A stretch of 64,000 nucleotides of DNA from positions 1,568,001 to 1,632,000 of the forward strand of contig OZ245817.1 of assembly GCA_965228475.1 (NCBI GenBank), written 5' to 3'. This stretch comes from Myxococcota bacterium. Lineage in GTDB: Bacteria; Myxococcota_A; UBA9160; JAFDDA01. The stretch's first letter is position 1. Each line of letters begins with the position of its first letter. This document shows, piece by piece, positions 27,401 through 36,269 of this stretch. The translations under genes and the position numbers were made by a program. The notes under the pieces are model-generated. The model worked only from the letters and a program-made list of their open reading frames with translations. It was not told where the DNA came from and made no database searches.

Positions 27401-30400
27401 CGAGGCGACGGTCGACGACTTCGTCTCGGCCACCTTCGTCAACGGCAACGGAACGCGCATCCGCATTCCGGTGCAGCGCCAGCTCTTCGACGACGGGAGC
27501 GTGGCGCTCTACGCCGCCGGCGGGATCCTCGAAGCCGAGAACGAAGAAGCCGGTGTCGTGCAGGTGCTGGTGGAGCCGAACGCGATCCCGAACAAGTCCA
27601 AGTTCAAGCTCGACCTCTTCGACGACTTCGCGCAGCTCCTCGAGGCCGTCGAGAACACGCCGCCCGAGGACGGGCAGCTCCTCGGTGGCTTCGAGATCGA
27701 GTTCTCCGGAGACCCTCTCGAGGAGGCCGCCGACTTCACGTTCCCCGTCGATCCGGCCGACCTCGACCTCGAGCCGGGTCAGACCGTCGAAGACCGCTCC
27801 TTCATTCTCGCCGAACCGATCGAAGTGGACGGCACGCTCGTCTACCGGACGGTCGACGCCATGAAGTGGGATCCGGAGACACAGACCCTGTTCACGTCTT
27901 CGCCCCCCTTCGATGCGTTCCTCGGGTTCGGCCGCTTCCTGCTGACCCCGCTCATGCTCCCCGTCTTCAAGGACAACGAGCTCACCATGACGGGCCGCGT
28001 GGTGGCGGCCCCCGAGGAGATCGCGAACGAGCTCACGGAGGAGCAGATCCGCTTCGCGCTGCCGCCGATCCGGCCGGTTCCGGGCGCCATCGTGACGGCG
28101 GACATCGGCGGCTTCTCCCAGAACAACGCGGGCCTTCGCGCCGGTGCGATCGTCGCGCGGGCGAACTCTCGGGGCTTCTTCGCCTTGCGGGTTCCCTTCA
28201 ACCCCTTCACGGGCGATCCCGTCTTCCTGCGCGCCCAGAGTCCCCTCTACCCGGGCCGCCGCGCGACGGACGGCTCGGTCGCCCCCACGATCTTCAACGG
28301 GATCCCCGAGAAGGTTCGGAACCTCGTCTTCAGCATGCCCGAGAACGCGAGCGCGGACGGGTTCGCACCGCTCGTGACCGCGAGCCCCGAGACCAGCGTC
28401 CTCCCGGTGGGCGAGGACGTCACGGTCTACATGACCATCCAGGACGATCGCAGCGCGCCCTACCTGAACGGCATCGCCCTCGATCCGACGCGATCGATTT
28501 CGCTGGTTCCGGGCCAGGCGCTCGGCCCGGTGCTGGTGAGTCAGGGGGCGAGCACCCCGATCACGCCCACGTCCATCGGAGCGGAGGTCACCGTCCAGGT
28601 CGAACGCTCCTCCCTGGTGACCCTGCTCGCCACCGCGGTCGACCAGGCGGGCAACGAGCGCGTGGTTCCCTTCCGGCTGCGATTCGGCGTGCCGCCCGAA
28701 GCGCCCCCGACCGATCTTCAGCCCTACGACGACGACGATGCGACGCCGCCGCGCGTGGTCTCGGTCACGCCGGGCCGGGGCGTCATGCTCGCGGCGCTCG
28801 ACGAGATCGTGATCCGCTTCAGCGAGGCGGTGAGCGAGAGCATCGAAACGGACTCGGTGAGCCTCCAGCCTTCGGGGCTCTCGATCATCGATCCGATCGT
28901 CGAGCTCTCGGACGACCACCTCACCGCCGTCATCTATCCGTCCGGCCTTCCGCCCGGGACCGAGGTCACCCTCGCCGTCGACGCCCAGGATCTCGCGGGC
29001 AACGCCATGGACACGTTCTCGACGAGCTTCCGCACGGCGCCTTCGGAGACCGCCCAGCTCCAGGGCGTCGACTGGCCCGTGGCGACGGTGGTGAGCGGCG
29101 CCTTCGCGTACACCCTCGATCGCGGAGTGGGGGACGGCGCCGAAGGCATCGTCGTCCACGATCTGGGCAATCTTTCCCAGAACCCGACGCCGGCGGGCTT
29201 CTTCGGGCTGCCGGAAGCCCCGCGCACCCTGACGCTGCTCACCCCGTGGAGCTTCAAGACCGGCCCGACCGAGCCGACCCGCACCGCGTCGCTCCTGGTC
29301 GCGACCGGCGGGGTCCTCGGCGAGGGCAACGCGGGGCAGTGGATGTGGGTGGTCGACGTCTCGGACCCGGCATCGCCCCAGCGGGTCGCGGGCGGGCTCG
29401 TGAGCATCGACGTCGCATCGGCGGTGACGAACGTGCGCTGGTCGGCGCCGCGCGTGGCCCTCGGGCTGAACACGCCGGAAGGCGGGCGGATCCTGCACAT
29501 CGATCTGCAGGCCTTCATCCTCGGTTCGAACGGGACGCACCAGACCGGGTCGCCGAGCCCCGGCAACGACGACAACGCCGACGGCGACTACGTCGACTCC
29601 GGAGACACCCTGCCGACCCCCCAGTTCGGGACGCTCTGGGGCCACGACTTCACCACGGCGGCCGCGTTCAAGCGCATCTTCCGGGACTTCGACCTGGCCT
29701 TCGGCGGACTCCTCGTCGCGAGCGCGATGCCCACCCGGCCCGAGACGAGCTCGGGCGGTCCGGGGGGGCCGCTCCCCGAGTTGAAGGGCCGGCTCCAGAT
29801 CCACAGCTTCAACGGACTGCCCGTCGGGAACGGCGACGGTGCAGAGGGCGGGCTCGAGTTCGACGAGGACCCGTGGCGGGTCCGCCTCGATCCGAGCTTC
29901 CCCGTCACCGACGACACCGGCCTGCGCATCGTCCCGGTCGCCCTCGTGAGCTACGGCGCGAAGATCGGCGTGGTCGAACTGACCGACCCCTTCGAGCCCG
30001 AACTCCTGCATGAGGTGTTCCTCGGGCCCGACGTCTCGAAGATCTTCTCCATCGAACGCGCGGACCCGGACACCTACGCCGTCGGGACCCAGGAAGGTGT
30101 CTTCCTGCTCGACCGCGAAGAGCTCGGGGAGGAGGCGGACAGCACGACGCTCCCGCACCACGCCGTGCAGGCCCGGCTGCCCACGCCCTTCGGTTCGGGG
30201 CGCACCTTCGGTGCGTCGTCCACCGCCGTGGCCGTGCCGGGGGGTCAGGTCGCGCGCCGTCCCCCGGCGATCGCCGTGGCGCGCTCCATCGGGGAGTCGG
30301 TCCCGAGCCGGACCGACGTGCTCGGGCTCGCCCTGGAGGAGCGCCGTGCCTTCGCCGAGAACCTCGTGGAGACGTCGCTGCTCTTCCCGGCCTCGCTCAC

Positions 30401-33400
30401 ACCGAGCGATCCCGCGGCACCCGGCGCGCTGTCGGATCCGCCTTCGCCTGCCAACCACTACTACGCGATCGTCCGAGCGAGTGGCACGCTCGGCGAGGAG
30501 CTCTCGGTGGCCGTCGAGGCGCTCGGCGTCGATGGAAAGCTGCTCTCCCCGCGCGGGACGAGCTTCCCGCCGGTCATGCTCTCGGACGAGACCTTCGCGC
30601 TCGGCCTCTCGGACTTCCAGAACAGCGGCACCGGGGCGCTCCGCGCCTCGCGTCTCTCTTCGGATCCGACCGACCCGCTCTACGACCTCTACGTCTCGGA
30701 CCCGTTCCTGATTCTCCGCGAGGCGCTCTCGGACGAACAGTTCGAAGCCCTCGAGCTGGGCGGGGAGCGCTGGCGGCAGGTGGTCTGGAGCGGCGACGCG
30801 ATGCGCTTCAGCCTGGACGCCTTCCAGGCGGAAGCCGGAGACACATGGCTCGAATCCCTGCAAAGCGACATCCAGAGCGCCGAGTACATTCCGGGTCTCT
30901 CGCGGCGCTACGCGGCGTTCTGTGGGCAGTACGTCGATTCGCCGAACCCGCTGGCCGAACGCTCGTCTCCCCACGTGGCCGGCGTGAACACGCAATCCGG
31001 CGAGTTCCGGCACGCGATCGCCGACGCCCAGCTCCAGAGTCACTCCGTACCCCTCGGACTGACGCGTACCTACGAGAGCCGCTCCCTCTACGTCGGCCCC
31101 TTCGGCCGCGGATGGGACAGCAACGTCCACGCTCGCCTGTGTTCCCTGCCCACGACCGGATTGCCGAGCGAGTTCACCCTGCCGCTCACCGTGGCCGGGG
31201 ACCCCGCCGTCGACCGGATCGCCCGGCCGGGAGACGTGCTGGTGATCGACGGCGCGGGCTCGGTGCAGCTCTACCCGCGCATCGACTCGCTGCACGGGAA
31301 CGTCGACCAGCGCCCGGCCTACGAGGCGGATCCCGCCATCGCGACCTTCGGCTGGACCGGAAAGATCGGCTCCTACTACGCCTCGCCCCCCGGCCACTTC
31401 GAAACGCTGATGCGCTTCACCGACGGAAGCTTCGTCCTCCTCCAGACCAACGGCGAGCGCATCCACTTCGGCGCCGACGGCCGCATCGACCAGGTGATCG
31501 GGACCTTCCCGAGCGCACGGACGCGCTACCGCTATCGCGCGGACGGAAGGCTCGACGAGGTCGAGAACGACCGCGGGCAGAAGATCGAGTTCGGCTACTA
31601 CGAGCGCAGCACGAGCCCGAACTTCATGCTGCTCGACCGCCCCTACGGCGAGGTTTCGCAGATCGGCCTGATCGCCCGGGTGAAGACGCCCTGGGACGAC
31701 ACGGACTACCACTACGACGAGCTGAACAACCTCGTCGAGGTGGATTCCGACGAGGGTACGAGCCGCTTCTACGGCTACGACGACGAGGCGCCCTACCAGA
31801 TGACGTCGATCCGGCACGGGTCGGCGGACGGCGAGGCCGTGCAGACCATCGGCTACGGCGACGGCGGTCTCGTCGAGACGGTGAGCCTGCTCGGGGAGAC
31901 GACGACCTTCTCCGGCGCCGCCGCGACGGCGCGCGACCGGCTCGAGGGCGGCGACGGGACCACGAGCTTCACCGTCGGGGACGGCGAGCCCCAGCAGATC
32001 GAGGTCGACTCGCGCGGAAGACCGACGGACTTCGCGGGCCAGGCGGTGGAGATCGGCGAGGCGTCGGGCCAGATCGAGGCCTCGGGAACGCCGGACGAGC
32101 CGGTGGAGCTCGAGTACGACACCGCGAACCCCGTCCACCGCTTCCGTGGACACCTCCGCTTCATTCGCACGCCGGGCGCGGTGGCCGAGATCGAGTACGA
32201 CGGGTCGGCCTGGAACCGCGTCTCCAAGCGGACGTCGGCGGAAGGTGTGGAGACGCTCTACGCGTACTCGCCGAGCGATCAGTCCGGGCTGGACGCGACG
32301 GACCCGATCGAGATTACGCGGACGTCCGGGCCGGTCGTCAACCGTGACCGATTCGACGGCCGGGGGCGGCTGCTGTCGCAGGAGCTCTCCGAAGGCGACA
32401 CGACGTTCGAGCGCGAGATCCTCTTCGACGCCGACGGGTTCCCGGTGGGCGAACGCTCCGGAAGCTGGGTGACCACCCGCGTGAGTCGGGACGGCGCCCG
32501 GCCCGACAGTGTCGAGCAGACCGGCGTCGCGTACGACGTGTCCCTGAACGACGACGGCCAGCTCGACGGCCTGACGAGCGGACAGGCGCCGGACGTTTCA
32601 CGGGGCTTCGACGACGACGGCCTGCCGAATCTCGACACGGTCAGCGCGGACGGGCTCTCGGTCTCCGATTCCTACGAGTACGTTCCGGGCACGACGCGAG
32701 TCGACTCCTCGACGCGCGAGGAGACCGGTCTCCCGGCCGTCGAGACCACCTACAGCTACGACGACGAGGGCCGCCTGACGGGCTGGGACAGCGCCGGCGA
32801 GGAGACGACCCTCACCGTGGAAGGCCTTCGGGTCACGGGCGTGACGGCTCCCGGGATCGAGCGGTCGGTCGTCTACGACGATGCGGGGCGGGTCGAGAGC
32901 GTCACCGAGCAGGGCGTGAGCATGACCCTCGGGTACGACGCCTTCGGGCGCGTGAACACGCACACCCAGTTCGGGGGCACCACGACCTTCACCTACAACG
33001 ACGGCACGGAGGTCCGGACCCGCACGCTCGAAGACGAGACGTACGGCGTCCTCGAAGACGAGACGTTCGGCTACGACGGGGCCGGGCGGGTGAACACGAT
33101 CGATGCGCTCGAGGGGCAGTACACCTACGAATACTTCCCCGACGGCCAGGTCCGGCGGATGATGCTCGCAGGTGAAGTGCTCCGCGAGGTCACGCGTGAC
33201 GCCGCGGGCCGGATCACGAGCGTCCGGATGCCGGGCATCGAGCGCACCTTCTCGAACTTCAACGCCGTGTCCGGCAAGCCGGAACAGGAAGACCTCGTCC
33301 TGTCTGGCGGTCTCGCGACGGCGCACACCACCACGTGGGACGCGCTCGGCCGCCCGGAGACCTTGACCGACGAAGCCGGGACGTGGTCCTTCGGCTGGGA

Positions 33401-36269
33401 CGACTTCGGAAATCCGACCTCCCACACCGACCCGGACGGCGTGACCCACGGTTTCGTGTACTCGCCCCAGGGGCTTCCGCTCGGCCAGACCTTCTCCGAC
33501 GGCACCGGCGTCGACTTCAGCTACGTCGGCAACACCCGCGTCGAGAGCCACGGCGACATGTCCTACGTCCTGGGCGACGACGGCATGCCGGACTCCGTCA
33601 CCTACCCGGACGGCTCCGTCGTCGAGTTCAATCACGTGAACGACCCCTTCGAGCCGGACGAGATCGTGCTCGGCGGCGTGGCCCGGAGGATCGAGCGCAC
33701 CCACGGCCGGGTGAGCCGGATCGACGTTCCCGCGACGAGCGAGGCCATCGACTTCCAGCGCGACGCCCTCGGCCGGCCGCGCTCGCTCGTGCGGACGGGA
33801 GTCGGGCCGACCGAAACGCTGACGCTCGCCTACGACGATTTCGGAAGCTTGACCGAGGAGGTCGGCTCGCTCGGGACCTGGTCCCACGCCGTCACCGCGA
33901 CCGGGAAGCTCGACACCGAGTCCTATCCGTCCGGCCTTGCCCTGTCCTACGAACCCGACGACAACGGATTCCCGACGACGGTCTCCGGGGCGGGAATCGA
34001 GAGCGTGGGGTGGCACGGGCCCGCTCGGGTGCAGGAGATCGCCTACGAAGACGGCGTCACGCTGCGCCACGAGCTCGACGCCTCGTTGCGGATCGAGCGG
34101 ATCGTCTACGAGGTCCCCGGTGAGGATCCCGAGGACGATCCGAGCGTCGTCGCGGGCTTCGAGTACGTGTTCAGTGCCGGCGGACGGGTCCTCTCGGAGC
34201 ACCGACCGCACGAGGGCCGTTTCGACGTCTACGAGCGCTCCACGCCCGAGACGGGCATGCGGGTGACGGGGTTCCGGCTGTCGGCAGCGGACGCCCAGGG
34301 CACCGCGCCCCTCGCGGAGGTCACCGGCTTCGACTTCGACGGCAACGGCGAGATCACGCCCCCGACGACGGCGGCCGGCGACGCGCGCGGGCAGTTCCCG
34401 GGCTTCGTGCCGGCGGCCGACGGCTATCGCCTCGAATCCCTCGACGGAGTCACGGTCCTCTACGACGCCGCGGGGCGCGTCGAAGCCACGCCGCTCTGGG
34501 TGCGGCTGCCGAACCAGTCGGCGCTGACCCGCGTCGTCGGAACGCTCACCTACGACGGCTTCGGCCTGTTGGCCCGCGTCGAGCGCGACGACGGCTGCAC
34601 GGTGGTCTACCGCCGCGACGGTTGGGGACGGATCGTGGAGCGGACGGTCACCGGCCCGGAGGCCCGTTGCCGGAACGCACGCCGGGCCTACGTCTGGCGC
34701 GCCCAGCAGCTGATCGAAGAGTACGAGGAGGTCGACGCCGCGCTCGTTCCGATCCGCCGCTACGTCTACCTCGGCGATCGGCTGGTGCGCGTCGAGGCAG
34801 CGCCGGCGCCGGGCGCCGCGCTCGCCGAATTCGTCCCGCTGGTGAACCTCCTCGGGAGCGTGGGGGGCTACCTCGCTCCGGACGGCACGCTCGTCGAGGC
34901 GATCACCTACGGCCCGTACGGGCTACCCGTCGTGCGCGGTGCTGCGGGCGCAGAGCTTTCGGGCTCGGCCATCGGCGACACGCTGCTCTTCCAGTCGGCC
35001 TGGTTCGACCCGGCCACCGGCCTCTACCAGATGGGCGAGCGGAACCTGCATCCCCTCGCCGGCCGGTTCCTTCAGCGGGACGGCGCGATCTACGTCAGCA
35101 GCCGCGCCCTGGCCACGGCCTTCAACGGCGACCCCGCGACCAACATCGACCGCGACGGCGCCGTCGCCGTACCCGCCGTCGACCTCGCGAAGAACGCGCT
35201 CCGCGAGCTGGCCGCCGCTCCGTTCAAGGACATCGACACCACGGTGAACTCGACGCTGAGCACGCTCACGGCCTACGAAGGCGCCGGGAAGGCCCTCGCC
35301 GACACGCGGATCGGGGGCAGCAAGGCCGTCGCGGGCCTCGCCGTCGCGGGCGCGGTGATCGGCTACGTCGAACTCGGCTCGAAGCTCTTCCCGAGCCAGC
35401 GCAAGGCCATCGCGAAGAACGCCATCGAGCCGTGGAAGAAGGTCAAGGCGGTCGCCGACATCGCGAAGGGCTTCCACGACCTTCGGGAGCAGCGTCTTCT
35501 CCAGACCGCGATCCGGGCCGGCCTGACCAGCCCGCGCGATTTCAACGCGCGCATGCGTTGGCTCTCCGCCGGGGGTGCGAACGCGAGCTTCAACCGCCTC
35601 ACCACGAGCTTCTGGAGCAAGGTCCCCCTGCGTGAGTTCAGGGGAGATGCCGAAGGTCTCGCGAAGGCCCGGGCGGGCGCGGTGTTGAACTATCGCAATC
35701 AGCGCTCGGCCACGATTCTGGGCATCACCAAGGGCGTCTTCGATCTGGTGAAGGGGCACCTCGAGCGCACCCACAAGTCCCGCATGGCTACCGACCGAAC
35801 GTCGCGCAACGTGATGGGCACGGTCATGATCGTGGACGGCTGGCTCAACGTGACGGAGGCCGTGCTCGCCGCACGGACCTCGAGCGATGCCATGCGCTTC
35901 GCCGCGATGACCAGCGGGGCCGGCAGCGCCGCGACGGCCACGGCGCTTCGGAGCTTCGCCGTGGTCGCGAACGTCCAGCTCGCCTACAACGGCGGGAACA
36001 AGATCGGGCAGGGCATCGTCTTTCTGGTCACCGAGGACGACGTCTATCGCGAGTACAAGCGCCAGGTCGATCTCTACAACAAGAACGGCGGCCTCCTCAC
36101 GGTCTTCTCGGGCGGCTTGATGACCGTCGGCCTGGACGAAGCGGCCCATACGATCCAGCAGTTCCAGGACGCGAACCATCAGCTTCCGAACTTGCGCGAA
36201 GCCTGGGACACCCAGCTTCGCGACTACGAAGTGCGCAGCCTCTACCTCTCGGGGCTCGACTATGAGTAG
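24492..36269 (+). CDS. Giant (3925 aa) putative lipoprotein: Ig-like domains, LVIVD-like propeller region, DUF6531-like domain, RHS/YD repeats, basic C-terminal domain
   Basis: Signal RLAFLLLALGLVPAVG-C; Ig-like VVVRFSEAV/DLAGN motifs; VVDVSDPASP; VNTQSGEF..LTRTYES..GPFGRGW; YDDEGRLT/YDAFGRV repeats; RHS core end DPATGLYQMGERNLHPLAGRFLQRD..DPATNIDRDG. Confidence 0.9.
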   Translation: MTVRLAFLLLALGLVPAVGCTPMSSEGIGVEVPSWTLESATGEDGAFEVVYRARCQAVGREVLTSAVLLLAAGEATVVDGLAQCGPIEAGGEVDAGDGITLLQSSPDALDPADFDFATVVVGRDDELPSTRQTSTIEQFTYPVQLASTADEAIVLSAMAMSAAPATRVVVGLTVAETPPGGSVGTAGILSLQHDLAVPFDPAAIHWSLRSETAQDLAVGVTTSLDGVGHPLGGVRVEEQGPEGDAVRTTEASTGFVSLAQSAGDFRWRFSKEGHLPVWRRLTLAAGEVAAVHAPWLARQDSERYPVTVLNGGVVGGPAARTTVTFGAGTVSANLEAVLTELDGQALPAALPIGWSPLNAFWLELAEDPSEAATGALQLLDALEPGEAGAFARFAPDAFAWQVLEVVGGDGGDAVDVAVPGAGAYVFAVADVLPAAPPAPEVGLPLGPAAATFPEPGELEGEGAVDPAVRAASLLPEHVTGLGRVEISHEDPLASGLLLRGEVDEHYRFFDGEERRTPRYPISVVAYQRPGDRDPRTLEATFPLRPTALFGPTELAEATLQVEILPPSAFAGAVLGDSGGLVVSAQAAALVPADVLAGDTPVELRDLEAGAFGPDAVLAFDLSVGGVVSGQRFEWLLGRGEPGAHYVLAAAVSRFGLSGLEPLERYRADETGLIVRDEPVSGGLPGVRGPGRLVLVRVDGPQAIVEGIVRDTDGIARPGLAVQIAGTPWLTFSDATGGYQLVAGIGPREVVVIDPGNGDLGTAGFEVPASLAAVGVDAATAPTGPRIVERIPADGERGVDAVTPVVVRFSEAVARASFGTDGLVLLDGSGTPVDGSLSLNLDGNEATFLPVSPLVYGSVHTLVVSGALQDEIGLPIEGDEAFRTSTFTIQAAPTRGEGAQLAIYEPGSTLGYAACDAAGVAGMEFVPETFICVLGSQGAADPEVPVVLANDSTGATATTDSSPDGSFAGVLEATVDDFVSATFVNGNGTRIRIPVQRQLFDDGSVALYAAGGILEAENEEAGVVQVLVEPNAIPNKSKFKLDLFDDFAQLLEAVENTPPEDGQLLGGFEIEFSGDPLEEAADFTFPVDPADLDLEPGQTVEDRSFILAEPIEVDGTLVYRTVDAMKWDPETQTLFTSSPPFDAFLGFGRFLLTPLMLPVFKDNELTMTGRVVAAPEEIANELTEEQIRFALPPIRPVPGAIVTADIGGFSQNNAGLRAGAIVARANSRGFFALRVPFNPFTGDPVFLRAQSPLYPGRRATDGSVAPTIFNGIPEKVRNLVFSMPENASADGFAPLVTASPETSVLPVGEDVTVYMTIQDDRSAPYLNGIALDPTRSISLVPGQALGPVLVSQGASTPITPTSIGAEVTVQVERSSLVTLLATAVDQAGNERVVPFRLRFGVPPEAPPTDLQPYDDDDATPPRVVSVTPGRGVMLAALDEIVIRFSEAVSESIETDSVSLQPSGLSIIDPIVELSDDHLTAVIYPSGLPPGTEVTLAVDAQDLAGNAMDTFSTSFRTAPSETAQLQGVDWPVATVVSGAFAYTLDRGVGDGAEGIVVHDLGNLSQNPTPAGFFGLPEAPRTLTLLTPWSFKTGPTEPTRTASLLVATGGVLGEGNAGQWMWVVDVSDPASPQRVAGGLVSIDVASAVTNVRWSAPRVALGLNTPEGGRILHIDLQAFILGSNGTHQTGSPSPGNDDNADGDYVDSGDTLPTPQFGTLWGHDFTTAAAFKRIFRDFDLAFGGLLVASAMPTRPETSSGGPGGPLPELKGRLQIHSFNGLPVGNGDGAEGGLEFDEDPWRVRLDPSFPVTDDTGLRIVPVALVSYGAKIGVVELTDPFEPELLHEVFLGPDVSKIFSIERADPDTYAVGTQEGVFLLDREELGEEADSTTLPHHAVQARLPTPFGSGRTFGASSTAVAVPGGQVARRPPAIAVARSIGESVPSRTDVLGLALEERRAFAENLVETSLLFPASLTPSDPAAPGALSDPPSPANHYYAIVRASGTLGEELSVAVEALGVDGKLLSPRGTSFPPVMLSDETFALGLSDFQNSGTGALRASRLSSDPTDPLYDLYVSDPFLILREALSDEQFEALELGGERWRQVVWSGDAMRFSLDAFQAEAGDTWLESLQSDIQSAEYIPGLSRRYAAFCGQYVDSPNPLAERSSPHVAGVNTQSGEFRHAIADAQLQSHSVPLGLTRTYESRSLYVGPFGRGWDSNVHARLCSLPTTGLPSEFTLPLTVAGDPAVDRIARPGDVLVIDGAGSVQLYPRIDSLHGNVDQRPAYEADPAIATFGWTGKIGSYYASPPGHFETLMRFTDGSFVLLQTNGERIHFGADGRIDQVIGTFPSARTRYRYRADGRLDEVENDRGQKIEFGYYERSTSPNFMLLDRPYGEVSQIGLIARVKTPWDDTDYHYDELNNLVEVDSDEGTSRFYGYDDEAPYQMTSIRHGSADGEAVQTIGYGDGGLVETVSLLGETTTFSGAAATARDRLEGGDGTTSFTVGDGEPQQIEVDSRGRPTDFAGQAVEIGEASGQIEASGTPDEPVELEYDTANPVHRFRGHLRFIRTPGAVAEIEYDGSAWNRVSKRTSAEGVETLYAYSPSDQSGLDATDPIEITRTSGPVVNRDRFDGRGRLLSQELSEGDTTFEREILFDADGFPVGERSGSWVTTRVSRDGARPDSVEQTGVAYDVSLNDDGQLDGLTSGQAPDVSRGFDDDGLPNLDTVSADGLSVSDSYEYVPGTTRVDSSTREETGLPAVETTYSYDDEGRLTGWDSAGEETTLTVEGLRVTGVTAPGIERSVVYDDAGRVESVTEQGVSMTLGYDAFGRVNTHTQFGGTTTFTYNDGTEVRTRTLEDETYGVLEDETFGYDGAGRVNTIDALEGQYTYEYFPDGQVRRMMLAGEVLREVTRDAAGRITSVRMPGIERTFSNFNAVSGKPEQEDLVLSGGLATAHTTTWDALGRPETLTDEAGTWSFGWDDFGNPTSHTDPDGVTHGFVYSPQGLPLGQTFSDGTGVDFSYVGNTRVESHGDMSYVLGDDGMPDSVTYPDGSVVEFNHVNDPFEPDEIVLGGVARRIERTHGRVSRIDVPATSEAIDFQRDALGRPRSLVRTGVGPTETLTLAYDDFGSLTEEVGSLGTWSHAVTATGKLDTESYPSGLALSYEPDDNGFPTTVSGAGIESVGWHGPARVQEIAYEDGVTLRHELDASLRIERIVYEVPGEDPEDDPSVVAGFEYVFSAGGRVLSEHRPHEGRFDVYERSTPETGMRVTGFRLSAADAQGTAPLAEVTGFDFDGNGEITPPTTAAGDARGQFPGFVPAADGYRLESLDGVTVLYDAAGRVEATPLWVRLPNQSALTRVVGTLTYDGFGLLARVERDDGCTVVYRRDGWGRIVERTVTGPEARCRNARRAYVWRAQQLIEEYEEVDAALVPIRRYVYLGDRLVRVEAAPAPGAALAEFVPLVNLLGSVGGYLAPDGTLVEAITYGPYGLPVVRGAAGAELSGSAIGDTLLFQSAWFDPATGLYQMGERNLHPLAGRFLQRDGAIYVSSRALATAFNGDPATNIDRDGAVAVPAVDLAKNALRELAAAPFKDIDTTVNSTLSTLTAYEGAGKALADTRIGGSKAVAGLAVAGAVIGYVELGSKLFPSQRKAIAKNAIEPWKKVKAVADIAKGFHDLREQRLLQTAIRAGLTSPRDFNARMRWLSAGGANASFNRLTTSFWSKVPLREFRGDAEGLAKARAGAVLNYRNQRSATILGITKGVFDLVKGHLERTHKSRMATDRTSRNVMGTVMIVDGWLNVTEAVLAARTSSDAMRFAAMTSGAGSAATATALRSFAVVANVQLAYNGGNKIGQGIVFLVTEDDVYREYKRQVDLYNKNGGLLTVFSGGLMTVGLDEAAHTIQQFQDANHQLPNLREAWDTQLRDYEVRSLYLSGLDYE

